A DNA stretch of 64,000 nucleotides, taken from contig DF237013.1 in the NCBI GenBank assembly GCA_000708835.1, forward strand, positions 5,071 through 69,070, in the 5' to 3' direction. The notes under the pieces are model-generated. The model was given only the letters and a program-made list of their open reading frames with translations. It was not told the origin of the DNA and made no database searches. This document shows, piece by piece, positions 63,201-64,000 of this stretch (the stretch's first letter is position 1; each line of letters begins with the position of its first letter). Both the position numbers and the translations under genes were made by a program. This DNA comes from Klebsormidium nitens. Taxonomy: Eukaryota; Plantae; Klebsormidiophyceae.

Positions 63201-63658
63201 CTTCGCATCGTATTCACAGAAAGGCCTGCTTCAGTAATCCTAGTAATCCTAGTAATCCTAGTAATCCTAGTAATCCTAGTAATCCTAATAATCCTAGTAA
63301 TCCTCTTGCTAGATCAGCTTCCCTCCTTCCTTTCCATAACCCCTCCCGCGAGCACCCTCCGCCAATTGGCTCAAGATTAGAAACCAGCGCCGAATTCCTG
63401 CTCCGATCTCTTTCACAACCGAAGTCTTTCTCCTAACCCACCATTCCTGTTTCCTAACCCCTATTCCTCGCTGCGCAGGCACTCCCCGCGAACTGGCCCA
63501 ACAACCACGAGAGCATCGGCATGAAGGGCTCCGCGTTTTTGCTGCCCACCGTGACCAAGGAAGACGCGCAAAAGTACTTCCCGGGATACAAGACGTGCGC
63601 GGTGCCGTCGGGCGTAGAGTACCTCCGCCTAACCAAGATCGAAGACCTGAAGTTGTAG
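60295..63658 (+). CDS. PER1: 1-Cys peroxiredoxin (Prx6 family), 6 exons
   Basis: Exons 60295-60360, 60970-61095, 61492-61584, 62048-62228, 62728-62840, 63479-63658. Motifs: WAILFSHPADFT|PVCTTEIG (peroxidatic Cys), DFPIIADPTREISVKYGMLDP, PLTCRAVFIIG|PDKKLKLSLNYPASVGRNMDEIVRV, PSGVEYLRLT. Confidence 0.96.
62357..62432. repeat. Perfect 38-bp tandem duplication in Prx intron 4
   Basis: CCACAGCAGTATCTTATACCTCCTTTGTACAGGCACGC x2. Confidence 0.95.
63233..63304. repeat. 9-bp minisatellite (AGTAATCCT)x8 in Prx intron 5
   Basis: Eight units, the seventh being AATAATCCT. Confidence 0.97.
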
Positions 63659-64000
63659 ATGGGCTCGAGCGGTCTGAGTTGGAAATGGGTCAGGGAGAGT
63701 TTCATGTTGGGTTACTAAGTACGGTGGTGTTACTAAGAGTTGGTGTAAATCCGATGAACCTGGGATGATTACTAAGTACACAGAACGCGCGCTCGCTTTT
63801 GGGAAGGTTCGTTGATTGGAGCTTGCCACGTGTGCTTAACAGATAGATCTTCACAAGCGACCTGGCAGCCCCTATAATATACTCGAGTCAGCTCGTTGTC
63901 ATAAGCAGTAGCTAGCTGTCTTGAACCATTTTGAAACATGACATATAAAGCCTTTCTGTCGTTCAAAGCTTCTTCGTCTTCTTCGAGCCACTGCTTACGC

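Overview
Intron-rich eukaryotic nuclear DNA. Gene content, intron sizes of roughly 0.3-1.2 kb and (T)GCAG acceptors suggest a streptophyte green alga, possibly Klebsormidium-like; this is an inference. I reconstructed nine spliced genes by hand with consistent exon phases: a J-domain protein (-), a probably plastid-targeted DUF815 AAA+ protein (+), a nucleobase-ascorbate transporter (-), mitochondrial ribosomal bL32 (+), NOP16 (-), a MOT2/MFSD5-type molybdate-anion MFS transporter (+), a ZIM-like TIFY-CCT-GATA factor (+), an atypical NAD(P)-binding SDR (+), an algal-type MIP/aquaporin (-) and a 1-Cys peroxiredoxin (+). That list is ten gene models; the DUF815 model has an uncertain 3' end. Mobile DNA comprises a 5'-truncated LINE RT fragment at the left edge, three MITEs with TWA target sites and a solo LTR with a perfect 5-bp TSD. 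The most notable observations are: (1) an aquaporin with both NPA motifs replaced (TPT and SPV); (2) recurring 'splice-junction echo' tandem duplications in four genes, which copy an acceptor plus exon start, an exon end plus donor, or the stop-codon region, creating up to 7 decoy splice sites next to one exon; (3) a DUF815 ATPase with apparent sensor-1 and Arg-finger substitutions. No rRNA, tRNA or CRISPR array was seen. No database search could be run, so novelty is unverified.
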